This document shows positions 25,264 through 34,281 of a stretch of 52,789 nucleotides of DNA, one piece after another. The translations under genes were made by a program, and so were the position numbers. The notes below the pieces were generated by a model, which was not told the DNA's origin, ran no database searches, and saw only the letters and a program-made list of their open reading frames with translations. This stretch comes from Candidatus Levyibacteriota bacterium. Its GTDB lineage: Bacteria > Patescibacteriota > Microgenomatia > Levybacterales > UBA12049. The stretch's first letter is position 1; the number at the start of each line of letters is the position of its first letter. Location: NCBI GenBank assembly GCA_027459725.1, contig DAIDHK010000008.1, positions 1 to 52,789 of the forward strand. The letters are read 5' to 3'.

Positions 25264-25483
25264 TTCTGTCAAGTGGCAAAATTCTCCTAGATATTACTTC
25301 TGCTCTTCAAAAAGTTAGTTAAATAGTGTCTATGTGTAGACACTTAATTTTATTAATTTTGAATCTATTTTACTAAATTCCACATCTTCTTTATATCTTA
25401 TATACATATAAGAGGATATGATATATAATCCCAACTGAGTAGTATATATATTCCTCTGCTCATAGTATCTACTCGTCAATACT

Positions 25484-26245
25484 GTGAACGTATTACCTAT
25501 TACTCAAAAACAAAAACAACTTCTTTCCTATCTTTATACTTTTCGCTTTCTTACTGTTTCTCAATTTCAAAATATCTTTCATCATGCACATCCCAATAGA
25601 ATTAAATTGTGGTTAACAGACTTACTTGATAAAAAATTTATAACCAGACTAAAAATTGAAGACGATATAACAAAGCCATATATTTATTGTCTTTCCCAAA
25701 GAGCAAAGTATTTGCTGAAAGATAATGAAGATTATGATGTGTCTTTCTTAAATAGATTGTATAAAGAGAAAAATTTGACTCCCAACTTTATCAATCATTG
25801 CTTATCTCTTGCAGATACCTATTTGTTTTTTCTTACGCAGAAAGAAAAAGATACTGAAATAGATTTTTTTACTAAGCATGAACTTTCGGGATATGACTAT
25901 TTCCCTGAAGAATTACCAGAAGCATATATTGCAGTTGAGGAAAAAGCAGAAACCAACAGATATTTTCTTGATCTCTTTGATGACTATACTCCTGCTTGGG
26001 CTTTAAGAAAAAGAGTGAAAGCATATTTGGAGTATTATGAAAATAATACATGGCAGGAAAGAACGGAAAATAGTGAATTTCCAATTATTTTATTTGTCTT
26101 ACCTAATGAGCGCATGAAGAAACATATCTATTATTTTACAAAAGCACTGCTTGAAAAATCTTTTTATGAAGACATTACTATTTTCTTAACAACAAAAAAT
26201 AAAATAAAAGGAAATGGGCAGGATATTTGGGAAAAAGTAGAGTAA
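25484..26245 (+). CDS. replication-relaxation family protein (putative relaxase or replication protein)
   Basis: ITQKQKQLLSYLYTFRFLTVSQFQNIF is the typical N-terminal wHTH pattern of the Replic_Relax family. GTG start. Confidence 0.55.
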   Translation: MNVLPITQKQKQLLSYLYTFRFLTVSQFQNIFHHAHPNRIKLWLTDLLDKKFITRLKIEDDITKPYIYCLSQRAKYLLKDNEDYDVSFLNRLYKEKNLTPNFINHCLSLADTYLFFLTQKEKDTEIDFFTKHELSGYDYFPEELPEAYIAVEEKAETNRYFLDLFDDYTPAWALRKRVKAYLEYYENNTWQERTENSEFPIILFVLPNERMKKHIYYFTKALLEKSFYEDITIFLTTKNKIKGNGQDIWEKVE

Positions 26246-26265
26246 GGGGACTTTCGTCCCCCGGA

Positions 26266-26604
26266 TTACTCTATTCCATGCATTTTCTTAACCTCTGATA
26301 ATCTGCACGGAGAAAAATATAAATCCCTTTCCAGTGGTAGCGCCTGGATTCCTGCACAATTTTTCTTTGCTGTTTCTAGTTCTCTTAAAGTAAAGTATCC
26401 AAGCTCTGGGAAATCTCCAACAACAAAGCCGAAGAAAAGAAAGTCATCGTCACTTGTCTCCTCTCCTTCAGTTGCATACCATGTCCAAGATCCTGTTGGA
26501 TCAAAGTATTTAATATACACCATTGGATCAGTTTCATTCTCTTGAGAATACAGTGCTGGTAGTGTTTTCTTTAATTCTTCTGTAAGTAAAATCATTTTCT
26601 TCAC
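26266..26604 (-). CDS. DUF2958-domain protein
   Basis: PALYSQENETDPMVYIKYFDPTGSWTWYATEGE...FGFVVG..ELGYFTLRELE matches the pattern seen on conjugative elements. Confidence 0.7.
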   Translation of the reverse strand: MKKMILLTEELKKTLPALYSQENETDPMVYIKYFDPTGSWTWYATEGEETSDDDFLFFGFVVGDFPELGYFTLRELETAKKNCAGIQALPLERDLYFSPCRLSEVKKMHGIE

Positions 26605-26621
26605 CTCCTTCCTTTTGTTTT

Positions 26622-26737
26622 TTCGGGCATGCCCTATGCCCGAATACCTGTTTGAAAAACAAAGCGGGGAAGTGAATGTGCAAGGGCGAGGAACGAGTGC
26701 ATTTTACCCTTGCACAGAGAAACCGAAGGGGTTTCTC
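26622..26737. other. cluster of three GC-rich perfect hairpins (candidate oriT or structured RNA)
   Basis: TTCGGGCAT/ATGCCCGAA (26622-26644), GTGCAAGGG/CCCTTGCAC (26678-26715) and GAGAAACC/GGTTTCTC (26717-26737). Confidence 0.5.
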
Positions 26738-26781
26738 AATGAGTATTACCTAATTATGTAAAAAGCGTTACAATACATAAT

Positions 26782-27663
26782 ATGAGCCAAAATCATAGTT
26801 TTAACACAGGAATTGATAATAAGTTGAAGGTGGGTCTTCTTCTTAACACAGGATTTACTATTTTTGAGTTTGCTGTGGGTATATTCTCAGGAAGTTTGGC
26901 TTTGCTATCTGATGCAGGGCATAATTTAACTGATTCTCTTAGCCTTCTTATTGTCTTTTTTGCTCAAAAAATTGCCAAACGAGAGGCAAATGTAGACCAT
27001 AGCTATGGGTATGGCAGGGCTACCATCCTTGCCGCCTTTGTAAATGGTCTTATCCTTGTTCTCTTAGCACTATATATTTTCTATGAAGCATGGGGAAGAA
27101 TTATGCAGCCAGAGCATGTTGCTGGTAGCTTAGTTGCCGGAGTTGCTTTTGTTGGGATAGTGGTGAATACTTCTATTGCATTACTTTTTCGCAAAGATCA
27201 AGACAGTATGCACATTAAAAGCGCATACATAAATATGTTTTTTGATGCGCTTGCATCAGTTGGAGCACTTATAGCAGGAGTTCTTATTATCCTCACAAAA
27301 CAGACTATTTTTGACTCACTCATCAGTATTCTCATTGGGATACTTCTACTTCGCAGTAGTTGGGAGGTTGTTCGGGATGCAATGCACGTGCTATTGGAAG
27401 GCGTGCCATCTGGAATAAATACAAAAAAAGTAAAGGGAGTCATTCTTGGTAATTCTTTGGTAAAACATGTTGATGATTTACATATTTGGGCAATTTCTTC
27501 CCAATATGCAGCATTGAGTTGCCATGTGGTTATTGAGGACTGTGATTTAGAAAAAAGCACACAGTTAGTCAAAGAGATAAAGCAGGAGCTTCAGAGCAAG
27601 TGTAATATAGAACACGCAACCATTGAAACAGAATTAAAAGAATGTCCGCCAGATAACAATTAA
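26782..27663 (+). CDS. czcD: cation diffusion facilitator (Zn/Co/Cd efflux) transporter
   Basis: SLALLSDAGHNLTDS (TM2 HxxxD) and the typical six-TM plus C-terminal-domain layout. Confidence 0.85.
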   Translation: MSQNHSFNTGIDNKLKVGLLLNTGFTIFEFAVGIFSGSLALLSDAGHNLTDSLSLLIVFFAQKIAKREANVDHSYGYGRATILAAFVNGLILVLLALYIFYEAWGRIMQPEHVAGSLVAGVAFVGIVVNTSIALLFRKDQDSMHIKSAYINMFFDALASVGALIAGVLIILTKQTIFDSLISILIGILLLRSSWEVVRDAMHVLLEGVPSGINTKKVKGVILGNSLVKHVDDLHIWAISSQYAALSCHVVIEDCDLEKSTQLVKEIKQELQSKCNIEHATIETELKECPPDNN

Positions 27664-27677
27664 AAAAGAAGGAACAC

Positions 27678-28232
27678 TTACTTTCTCCCTATTCTTCTCA
27701 AGAGGAAAATACCTAAAAGAATAAGGTCAATAAAGCCAACAAGCCAAAAAAGGAATGCAAAGACACCAAATGCTCCAAACCAATTGCCTCCCATCATGGA
27801 ACCTGTCCAACCTCCCCAATCTCCCATCATACCAGTTACACCTCCTTGCTGATTATTTGTTGTAGTGCAATTCGTAACACTTCTGCCAATTTGAATATGC
27901 ATTTGCTCTTCACCAGTATCCCCGCGCATTTGCTGCACACGTTGGTTCATGGCAATATGTGCGGCAGTATTTCCTCCAAACATTTGGCTCATGGAATATT
28001 CTCCAATTTTTTCAAAGTCACTATCTGTTAATTTTGCACACGTTGTCTGGTTATTCTGTAATTGATCAAATAACCGTTTGCCTTGTGCTTCATCTTGCTG
28101 CTGTTGCTGTACTTCTGTAGGATTTGGCGTAACGGAGGGAGTACCAAACATCATCATTTGCGCATTGGCATGAGAGGCAAAACTTCCCACAAGAAGGAAA
28201 GCTACGACTAATATAATTATCTTTCTATACAT
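27678..28232 (-). CDS. secreted Met/Gln/Gly-rich protein with C-terminal TM anchor
   Basis: Signal peptide, QQQQQ tract, several MM/MMG motifs and a C-terminal hydrophobic helix. No family recognised. Confidence 0.5.
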   Translation of the reverse strand: MYRKIIILVVAFLLVGSFASHANAQMMMFGTPSVTPNPTEVQQQQQDEAQGKRLFDQLQNNQTTCAKLTDSDFEKIGEYSMSQMFGGNTAAHIAMNQRVQQMRGDTGEEQMHIQIGRSVTNCTTTNNQQGGVTGMMGDWGGWTGSMMGGNWFGAFGVFAFLFWLVGFIDLILLGIFLLRRIGRK

Positions 28233-28250
28233 AATTTTATCCTACTCCTC

Positions 28251-28640
28251 TTAAGAAATGTTTTCAATGATTCTTTGCAACTTTCCTTCAATCTCTTGTG
28301 CTATTGGCGCAATTTCAGGATTCTCGACCATTTCCATTGCCACAGTAGGACGAATTGCTTCAACAGTAACTGTATTTCCTGCTTGGTAAACAATGACATT
28401 GCAGGGAAGAAGTAGCCCAATTGATGGCTCTTTTTGTAAAACTTGATATGCTGATTGTGGGTGGCAGGCTCCTAAGATAATATACTTCGTATAATCCACG
28501 TTTAACTTTCTCTTGAGCGTTTCTGTTACATTAATATCCGTTAGTACTCCAAATCCTTCTTTTGTAAGCTCTGCTTTTACTTTTGCAAGAACCGTTTCAA
28601 AATCACCTGTAACCTCTTTTTGTATTCCATATCTATTCAT
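28251..28640 (-). CDS. DUF302-domain protein
   Basis: FETVLAKVKAELTKEGFGVLTDINV...YIILGACHP...LLPCNVIVY. Confidence 0.75.
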   Translation of the reverse strand: MNRYGIQKEVTGDFETVLAKVKAELTKEGFGVLTDINVTETLKRKLNVDYTKYIILGACHPQSAYQVLQKEPSIGLLLPCNVIVYQAGNTVTVEAIRPTVAMEMVENPEIAPIAQEIEGKLQRIIENIS

Positions 28641-28642
28641 AG

Positions 28643-28981
28643 TTATTTACTCACTGGATATACTTTTGCGCTCCAAGCAAGCATGCCTCCCTTCATATTT
28701 TCCACATTAGTAAAACCAAGTTGTTGTAAAAGTACCACTGCATGAGCACTGCGTGATCCGCTCCTGCAATATACATACATTTTCTTAGATTTATCTGTGA
28801 ATTGTGTCACATTTTGCTGCAAGGTCTGCAGAGGCATGAGCACACTTCCTGGAAGGTGTCCTTCTGCATATTCATCAGGTGTCCTTACGTCCAAAAGTAT
28901 AACGTTTTCCTTTGTATCAATTGTTTTTTTAACCTCAGTTGCGTCTACTTGTGGTATGTTTGGTTGAAAAAAATTAAACAT
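28643..28981 (-). CDS. rhodanese-like sulfurtransferase domain protein
   Basis: ILLDVRTPDEYAEGHLPGS and the active-site loop YCRSGSRS. Confidence 0.8.
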   Translation of the reverse strand: MFNFFQPNIPQVDATEVKKTIDTKENVILLDVRTPDEYAEGHLPGSVLMPLQTLQQNVTQFTDKSKKMYVYCRSGSRSAHAVVLLQQLGFTNVENMKGGMLAWSAKVYPVSK

Positions 28982-28986
28982 CGAAA

Positions 28987-29487
28987 TTACATTCCCATTG
29001 CATCACTGCCATGATCTGATAGCTGTGCGTCAAACCATGTATGAATACTGTTTATCAGGTTTGTATCGTTCGTATTGTAGGTAATTTGTCCCCCATTTGG
29101 TAGGTCAACATACGAAATTGCTATATTTTTTGCTCCCTGAGATAGTTCTTGCACGCCAGGCATGGAATTCCCATGTAATGTCATAGGGTCTCTGAAGTCT
29201 CCTTTTTGAAAAAGACCTGCTTCCATTTGTAGATGCATTCTAATAAGAGAAATTTGCTGGGTATTTTTTGGATCTTTTGCAATCACTTGCTGAATACCGC
29301 CAGTATCTGTTTTCTTGAAAATATGGGTTGTCTGGGAAAGATCAAATGGCATTACGCTTTCCCCTTTGTTATGGATTATTGCTTGCCTTTGTGCAAGAGA
29401 AGAATAATGGTAAAACATAAAAGCTCCTATGCCACCTATAGCAAGAAGGGAAGCGATAATGAGTGGTAATAAAAATTTATTCTTCAT
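28987..29487 (-). CDS. hypothetical membrane-anchored protein
   Basis: 166-aa ORF with an N-terminal TM. Overlaps the csoR stop by 4 nt. Confidence 0.5.
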   Translation of the reverse strand: MKNKFLLPLIIASLLAIGGIGAFMFYHYSSLAQRQAIIHNKGESVMPFDLSQTTHIFKKTDTGGIQQVIAKDPKNTQQISLIRMHLQMEAGLFQKGDFRDPMTLHGNSMPGVQELSQGAKNIAISYVDLPNGGQITYNTNDTNLINSIHTWFDAQLSDHGSDAMGM

Positions 29488-29750
29488 TTTTTGTGTAAAT
29501 TCAACAGTTGTTCAAGTTGCCCAAGTTTTTTATCCGAGACTTCTTTCCCATCAAGTAATTCATACTTAATAAATCCCCGTAGTGTTCGAGCTCTAAGGGT
29601 ATCAAAGGATTTAGCAATTGAGGTGGCAAGAGAAGAAATGTCTTCACAGGAGTGATTTCCTTCAACATATTTTTTCAAGGTTTCAATTTGTCCTTGAATA
29701 CGGTTAATGTGGTTGAGTGTTTCTTTGTGGTCTTGATGTTGTGTGTCCAT
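29484..29750 (-). CDS. csoR: CsoR/RcnR-family metal-sensing repressor
   Basis: INRIQGQIETLKKYVE...SCEDI...is the four-helix-bundle family pattern with a conserved Cys. Confidence 0.8.
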   Translation of the reverse strand: MDTQHQDHKETLNHINRIQGQIETLKKYVEGNHSCEDISSLATSIAKSFDTLRARTLRGFIKYELLDGKEVSDKKLGQLEQLLNLHKK

Positions 29751-29846
29751 ATACCCCTATCCCTATACTACTGTTGTTAATGTATGGAGTCAATGGGTAA
29801 AAAGGAAGAAGCTGCACAAAAGTAGATATTTTACCTGAAGAGGTCT

Positions 29847-30068
29847 TTATTCTTGTATCTCTGCTGTATATCCTGTTTTTTTAATTTGTTGCATAATCTT
29901 CTCTGGATTAGTTGCTTTTTCATCAAACACAACTTCAGTTTCTGCTTTTGCGTAGTTAGTGCTTGAAGTTGTAACGCCTTTTACATAATCTTCCAAATCT
30001 CCATCTATATTCATGGCACAACTCGTACAATGCATGCCTGTAATTTTTAGTTTAATTTTTTTTGCCAT
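29847..30068 (-). CDS. copZ: heavy-metal-associated (HMA) domain metallochaperone
   Basis: GMHCTSCAMNI (MxCxxC). Start moved to MAKKIKLKITG. Confidence 0.8.
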   Translation of the reverse strand: MAKKIKLKITGMHCTSCAMNIDGDLEDYVKGVTTSSTNYAKAETEVVFDEKATNPEKIMQQIKKTGYTAEIQE

Positions 30069-30073
30069 ACATT

Positions 30074-31141
30074 TCACCCCCCCAATATTAATTGGAATTG
30101 CCCTCGATACATTCCCATACTACACATAAATGGTAATACTCCCGGTTGAGATGGTGCGGTAAAGGTAAGCGTGTCTGATTGACCAGTAGGGACAACTTTT
30201 TGCACCCCAAGACTTGGAATAGTAAATGATTGTGTGCAGCCAACTCCACCAGTATTTTTTAAGTGAAGTGTTACCGTAGACCCAGCTTTAATTGCAAGGT
30301 TATTTGGATTGTAGCCGGATGCAGTTATTTCTATCGTTGGATTGTTTACTACTGTTCCTGCAGCTTGAGCAGTACCGTCACCAATGCCGTTATTCCCGCA
30401 CCAGCTCACTGTACACCAAAAACCCCTTGCTAAACTTCCTACAGTACTTCCAGCATTTTCAAGCGTTATATTGCTTCCCAACAATGCTGAAGCATTATTT
30501 GCATTAAAGATTGCTAAAAGAATAATGGCAATTGCTGCCAATTTCATAAAACCTTCCTGAAACATATCTCCCAGTTTTGTTGCAAAGTAACCTAAAATAA
30601 AAAACACAGGAGAAGTCCCAAGCACAAAAGCAAATAAAATTGCTGCCCCATACAGAGGTTTGCCTGATGCAACAGCGAGTGCCATCATGGCTTGGGTTGT
30701 CCCACAAGGAATAAAGATAGTAAATGCACCCAAAAGGGCGGGAGCAAAGACTGCCTGACTCTTTGATTGTTTACGAACCAGTCTGGTCAAAAATTTTGGC
30801 GGCTGGATAACAAAGTAGCGAAAGATTGGGTGAACATTAAGTATGTTTAATGCAGTCCCAACCATAAAAACTGCAACAGCAATTTGTAAAATTGCCCGGA
30901 ACTCTATGGATAAAGAGAAAAAAGAGCCAAGCATGCCAAGCAGGGCTCCAAGAGCAGTATAGGCAATAAGTTTTGCAGCAAGGAAAGCAAGGATTGGAAG
31001 CGCATTGCCTCCTTTTGCTTTATCCTCCAATTTTTGTTCTTCACGTTGTGCAAGTGTTGCAGCCAACAACCCCCCTTGTACTGCCATACAAGTAAGACCA
31101 CCTGTAATAAGTCCTGTTAAAAAAATAGCCCACAAATTCAT
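30074..31141 (-). CDS. polytopic permease (SO_0444/DsbD-like metal efflux type) fused to a C-terminal cupredoxin-like domain
   Basis: N-terminal LITGGLTCMAVQGGLLA. The C-terminal ~100 aa have a beta-rich cupredoxin-like pattern ending in FMCSMGMYRG. Confidence 0.6.
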   Translation of the reverse strand: MNLWAIFLTGLITGGLTCMAVQGGLLAATLAQREEQKLEDKAKGGNALPILAFLAAKLIAYTALGALLGMLGSFFSLSIEFRAILQIAVAVFMVGTALNILNVHPIFRYFVIQPPKFLTRLVRKQSKSQAVFAPALLGAFTIFIPCGTTQAMMALAVASGKPLYGAAILFAFVLGTSPVFFILGYFATKLGDMFQEGFMKLAAIAIILLAIFNANNASALLGSNITLENAGSTVGSLARGFWCTVSWCGNNGIGDGTAQAAGTVVNNPTIEITASGYNPNNLAIKAGSTVTLHLKNTGGVGCTQSFTIPSLGVQKVVPTGQSDTLTFTAPSQPGVLPFMCSMGMYRGQFQLILGG

Positions 31142-31153
31142 ATGAGTGTTCCT

Positions 31154-31170
31154 ACTACTTAGTGTAGTAT
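31154..31170. promoter_or_regulatory. CopY/BlaI-type box TACTACT-TAG-TGTAGTA
   Basis: Inverted repeat 13 nt upstream of the ATG of 30074..31141. One of five related boxes. Confidence 0.6.
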
Positions 31171-31205
31171 ATAAACAAAGGCATTACAAGAGATTATTTT
31201 GCTAT

Positions 31206-31919
31206 TCACAATGCCAATGCCTGATCTATCACTGTTTTCATTACGTCAAAAGATTGATTTCCTGAAAGGAGAATGGTATTCCCTTTAGAATCAATAACAA
31301 ACGTACCAGGTAATTGAAAAACGCCAGCAGAACTCCCGTCGGTTTCTTCAAATTTAACTGTGGATGCCATCGCTCCGGAGCTTAAACATTTCTCAAAATC
31401 ACTTTGATTTATGCCTACTTCTTTTGCAAAAATCGGAAGTTCATTCAGTGCTAATCCTGTTCCTCCTTCTGTTGGTAATACTTTCTCAAAAATTTTCTCA
31501 CTGAATTTCCAAAATGCGGTATTTCCCCCCTGCTTCCCTGCGCAGAGTGCAGCTTCTGCTTCTTTCTCTGCATTTTGATTTTGTGGGAGTGGAAAACGTC
31601 TGGAGACTAAACGTATTTTATCTCCATAATAGGAAAGTAGTTTACTGAGTGTCGGATGAAAATATTGGCATTGTGGGCATTCAAAATCTGAATACTCAAC
31701 CAAGGTGACTTTTGCTTGTGGGTTTCCCTCTATGTAATCGCTTTTTGTTACAGGTTCTATTTTTCCAGTTGGAGTTTGCCCAGCCTTTTCAAATTTACTT
31801 TTCGCTTCTAGATAGTTTACTTTCAAAAGCAGTGCAACAATCACAAGAATAACAAATGACAGCCCAGCTACCTTAGCGTAAGGTAAAAGGTGATTATTTT
31901 TTTTTGCTTCGTGGTACAT
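31206..31919 (-). CDS. membrane-anchored thioredoxin-fold (DsbA-like) protein
   Basis: CPQC active site (DFECPQCQYFHP). Start moved to MYHEAKKNN..., which precedes a TM anchor. Confidence 0.7.
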   Translation of the reverse strand: MYHEAKKNNHLLPYAKVAGLSFVILVIVALLLKVNYLEAKSKFEKAGQTPTGKIEPVTKSDYIEGNPQAKVTLVEYSDFECPQCQYFHPTLSKLLSYYGDKIRLVSRRFPLPQNQNAEKEAEAALCAGKQGGNTAFWKFSEKIFEKVLPTEGGTGLALNELPIFAKEVGINQSDFEKCLSSGAMASTVKFEETDGSSAGVFQLPGTFVIDSKGNTILLSGNQSFDVMKTVIDQALAL

Positions 31920-32409
31920 CACAATAGGCCTCCTTTTTTTGACTTCGAAGCAGAAGAAATAGTGAAAGAGAAAGTAACATAATGGAAAGAATAGGTAGTT
32001 CTGCTCCCTTAAAAGGAAGGTATAAAAGGCTTCCACTGAGTCCCAAAAGCGATAATAACGGTAATCCACACGAAACACATCCACCACTTACTATTCCAAG
32101 TAGTGCACTTCCTCCGGTAACAACATGAACATTGCCCATTTGTCTTAATAAAAAGATTTTGCGAAATGTTAAGGAAAGTGTTATCCCAGTTAAGCATGCG
32201 TTAATTACTAAAAGGACAAGGCTGGTTGTTGTCATAGTTGTTGTTAAACCTTGAAGAAGTGCTAAAAATAGCTTGAGCTTAAAATTGAGCGGAAAGTTTC
32301 CAAAGAGTGTTGTTCCAAGAAGTGAGCTATTCATCACAAATACAACAAACAGAAGATATAGAAGAGCAATTATAAGTGAAGAAAGAAGAATTTTCTTTGT
32401 GATACCCAT
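31894..32409 (-). CDS. small polytopic membrane protein with intramembrane CxxC (GGCVSCG)
   Basis: 171 aa, about 5 TM segments, sandwiched between two DsbA-like genes. Confidence 0.55.
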   Translation of the reverse strand: MGITKKILLSSLIIALLYLLFVVFVMNSSLLGTTLFGNFPLNFKLKLFLALLQGLTTTMTTTSLVLLVINACLTGITLSLTFRKIFLLRQMGNVHVVTGGSALLGIVSGGCVSCGLPLLSLLGLSGSLLYLPFKGAELPILSIMLLSLSLFLLLRSQKKEAYCDVPRSKKK

Positions 32410-32418
32410 ACTTTCATA

Positions 32419-33222
32419 TTATTTTTTTGTTAACTCTTGGTCAATAAGTGTTTGGAATGCAGAGTATGGTTGTGCACCAACAACTGGCAACCCATTGATA
32501 AATACTGTTGGTGTTCCACTTACTCCTGCTTTTTGTCCTGCTGCTAAATCGTCTTGAACATTCTTGTCATACTTTTTACTGTCAAGACAAGAGCGGAACT
32601 GATCAGTATTCATTCCGAGTTGCCCTGCAATTGTTGTCAAATTATCTGTTGTATACATGGAAGTATCTGATTCTGAGGGTTGGTTCTGGTAGAGATAATC
32701 ATGGAATTGCCAGAATTTCTTTTGTTCATTTGCACATTCAGAAGCATTTCCTGCAACTATTGAAGCTGGACCTAAGAATTGGTACTGGCGGTAATATAGA
32801 ACTGCCTTTCCTGTGTCAACATAGTCTTTAATAATTTGTGGTTCGGTATTTTTAAACCACTGATCGCAGAATGGACAACGCCAGTCTTCAAATGCAATAA
32901 TTTTTACTTTTGCATTTGGATTCCCTTGAGGAGGCAAGTGTCCAATATCTACATTCTGTCGTTGAGTAGGATTTGGAGCTTGAGGCTGATTGGGTGCTGC
33001 TGCTTGCTGTCCAGTTCCATAGGTTGATGGAGTACCACCACCAGATGATTGTAAATATTGAACCTTTGTAATAAGCATGCCAATAAGAAATGTCGCAATA
33101 AGAAGAAGCACCATAAGGAATGGGGTATAGCTTTTTGGCATAGGAATACTAAATGTTTTTACTACACTAGGCATAGTTACTTTACGTTCTTCTTTATGAG
33201 GAGATAATTTGGCTGCTTGCAT
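32419..33222 (-). CDS. membrane-anchored DsbA-family thiol:disulfide oxidoreductase (alternative start 33174)
   Basis: CPFC active site (WRCPFCDQW) and C-terminal GTPTVFING. Confidence 0.75.
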   Translation of the reverse strand: MQAAKLSPHKEERKVTMPSVVKTFSIPMPKSYTPFLMVLLLIATFLIGMLITKVQYLQSSGGGTPSTYGTGQQAAAPNQPQAPNPTQRQNVDIGHLPPQGNPNAKVKIIAFEDWRCPFCDQWFKNTEPQIIKDYVDTGKAVLYYRQYQFLGPASIVAGNASECANEQKKFWQFHDYLYQNQPSESDTSMYTTDNLTTIAGQLGMNTDQFRSCLDSKKYDKNVQDDLAAGQKAGVSGTPTVFINGLPVVGAQPYSAFQTLIDQELTKK

Positions 33223-33223
33223 A

Positions 33224-33240
33224 TACTACATATTGTAGTA
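33224..33240. promoter_or_regulatory. CopY/BlaI-type box TACTACA-TAT-TGTAGTA
   Basis: Perfect 7-bp arms, immediately upstream of ORF 32419..33222. Confidence 0.6.
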
Positions 33241-33267
33241 GTAATAAAATATGCTTGTCAAGTACTA

Positions 33268-34281
33268 TTATTTTAGAGGCGTATACATGTGAGAAGCGCT
33301 CTCTGCTGGAGAGTATGGAACAACTGTATTATGTTCTTTACACCAACTAGCGCAGTTATTCCCTTCCAAGCAAACCATCATCGAATCTTGTCTACTTGTA
33401 TGTACTTCAGTCGCATGTACGGGGACAGCAATACTGGCAATAAGTAATCCAAAAGAAAAAATACTGATAATAATGTTTCTTTTTTTTATTCTGGGAAGTG
33501 GTGGATTCTCATTAATGAGAGAACGAATTCGTGATTCAAGAGTTATACTCTCGCCGATTGCTGAAGCAAAAAGAAGAGAAGAAGCAGGAGTTTGTAAAAG
33601 TTTTTTTAAAACATTTATAAGCGGCTCTTTTGTTTCTAATTTTTTAATTGCCATATTGTCTGCCTGTATTTCTCGTTCAATTTTATATTGCTGCAACAAA
33701 TCAGTAATGATAGGAAAGAATGGGAAAAGAAACTGTGCTAGAAAAGCAATAAATAGAGTAAGCGAATCTTTATGTTCTAAATGATACTTTTCATGCCAGA
33801 GAATTGCCTCTAATTCTTGTTGATTCATCGTTTGTATCACCTTTGTCGAGAGATAAATGTGAGGACTTCTCAGTCCCAAACAAAAAGCAAACGGATGCGT
33901 ACTATTAACAACGGATACCTGTTTTTGTAAGCGTAGCTTCTTCAAAAGTGGCATTAGGGCTGCATATGCAGTAACATTTTTTACTAAGCTTTTTCTAAAG
34001 AAGTATTGTTTCCACAAAGTGTGGGAAAGTTTAATAAAAAAACTCAAAAGGAATAAACCCGTAAGACTAACAAATAAAAATGTAACTTGTCGAGGAATCT
34101 GAAGAGAATATGTACGAAAGACCTGCTGGCAATAGTATACCGTATGCCAAAAAAATAACGGGAGCAGTTTGTATAAGACAATCATACTAGATATTCCCAA
34201 AAAGGAGGCAATAAAAGAAAATTTTAGAAAGTTATTACTTAGTATCTGCTTCATGTTCAAGTAGTTTAAGAAAGTATTCAC
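33268..34281 (-). CDS. BlaR1/MecR1-like M56 membrane metalloprotease sensor without a penicillin-binding domain
   Basis: HEKYHLEHKD (HExxH zinc motif) and multiple TM segments. The short C-terminal tail has C-x5-C-x3-C. Overlaps the repressor gene. Confidence 0.7.
   Translation of the reverse strand: MNTFLNYLNMKQILSNNFLKFSFIASFLGISSMIVLYKLLPLFFWHTVYYCQQVFRTYSLQIPRQVTFLFVSLTGLFLLSFFIKLSHTLWKQYFFRKSLVKNVTAYAALMPLLKKLRLQKQVSVVNSTHPFAFCLGLRSPHIYLSTKVIQTMNQQELEAILWHEKYHLEHKDSLTLFIAFLAQFLFPFFPIITDLLQQYKIEREIQADNMAIKKLETKEPLINVLKKLLQTPASSLLFASAIGESITLESRIRSLINENPPLPRIKKRNIIISIFSFGLLIASIAVPVHATEVHTSRQDSMMVCLEGNNCASWCKEHNTVVPYSPAESASHMYTPLK

Noticed and set aside
29751-29790. Possible full CsoR operator or CopY box upstream of the first csoR (ATACCCCTATCCCTATACTACTGTTGTTAATGTA)
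   Set aside because: Only the left CsoR half-site matches, and the right arm is not complementary. The TACTAC...TGTA spacing (9 nt) does not fit the 3-nt spacer of the five clear boxes.
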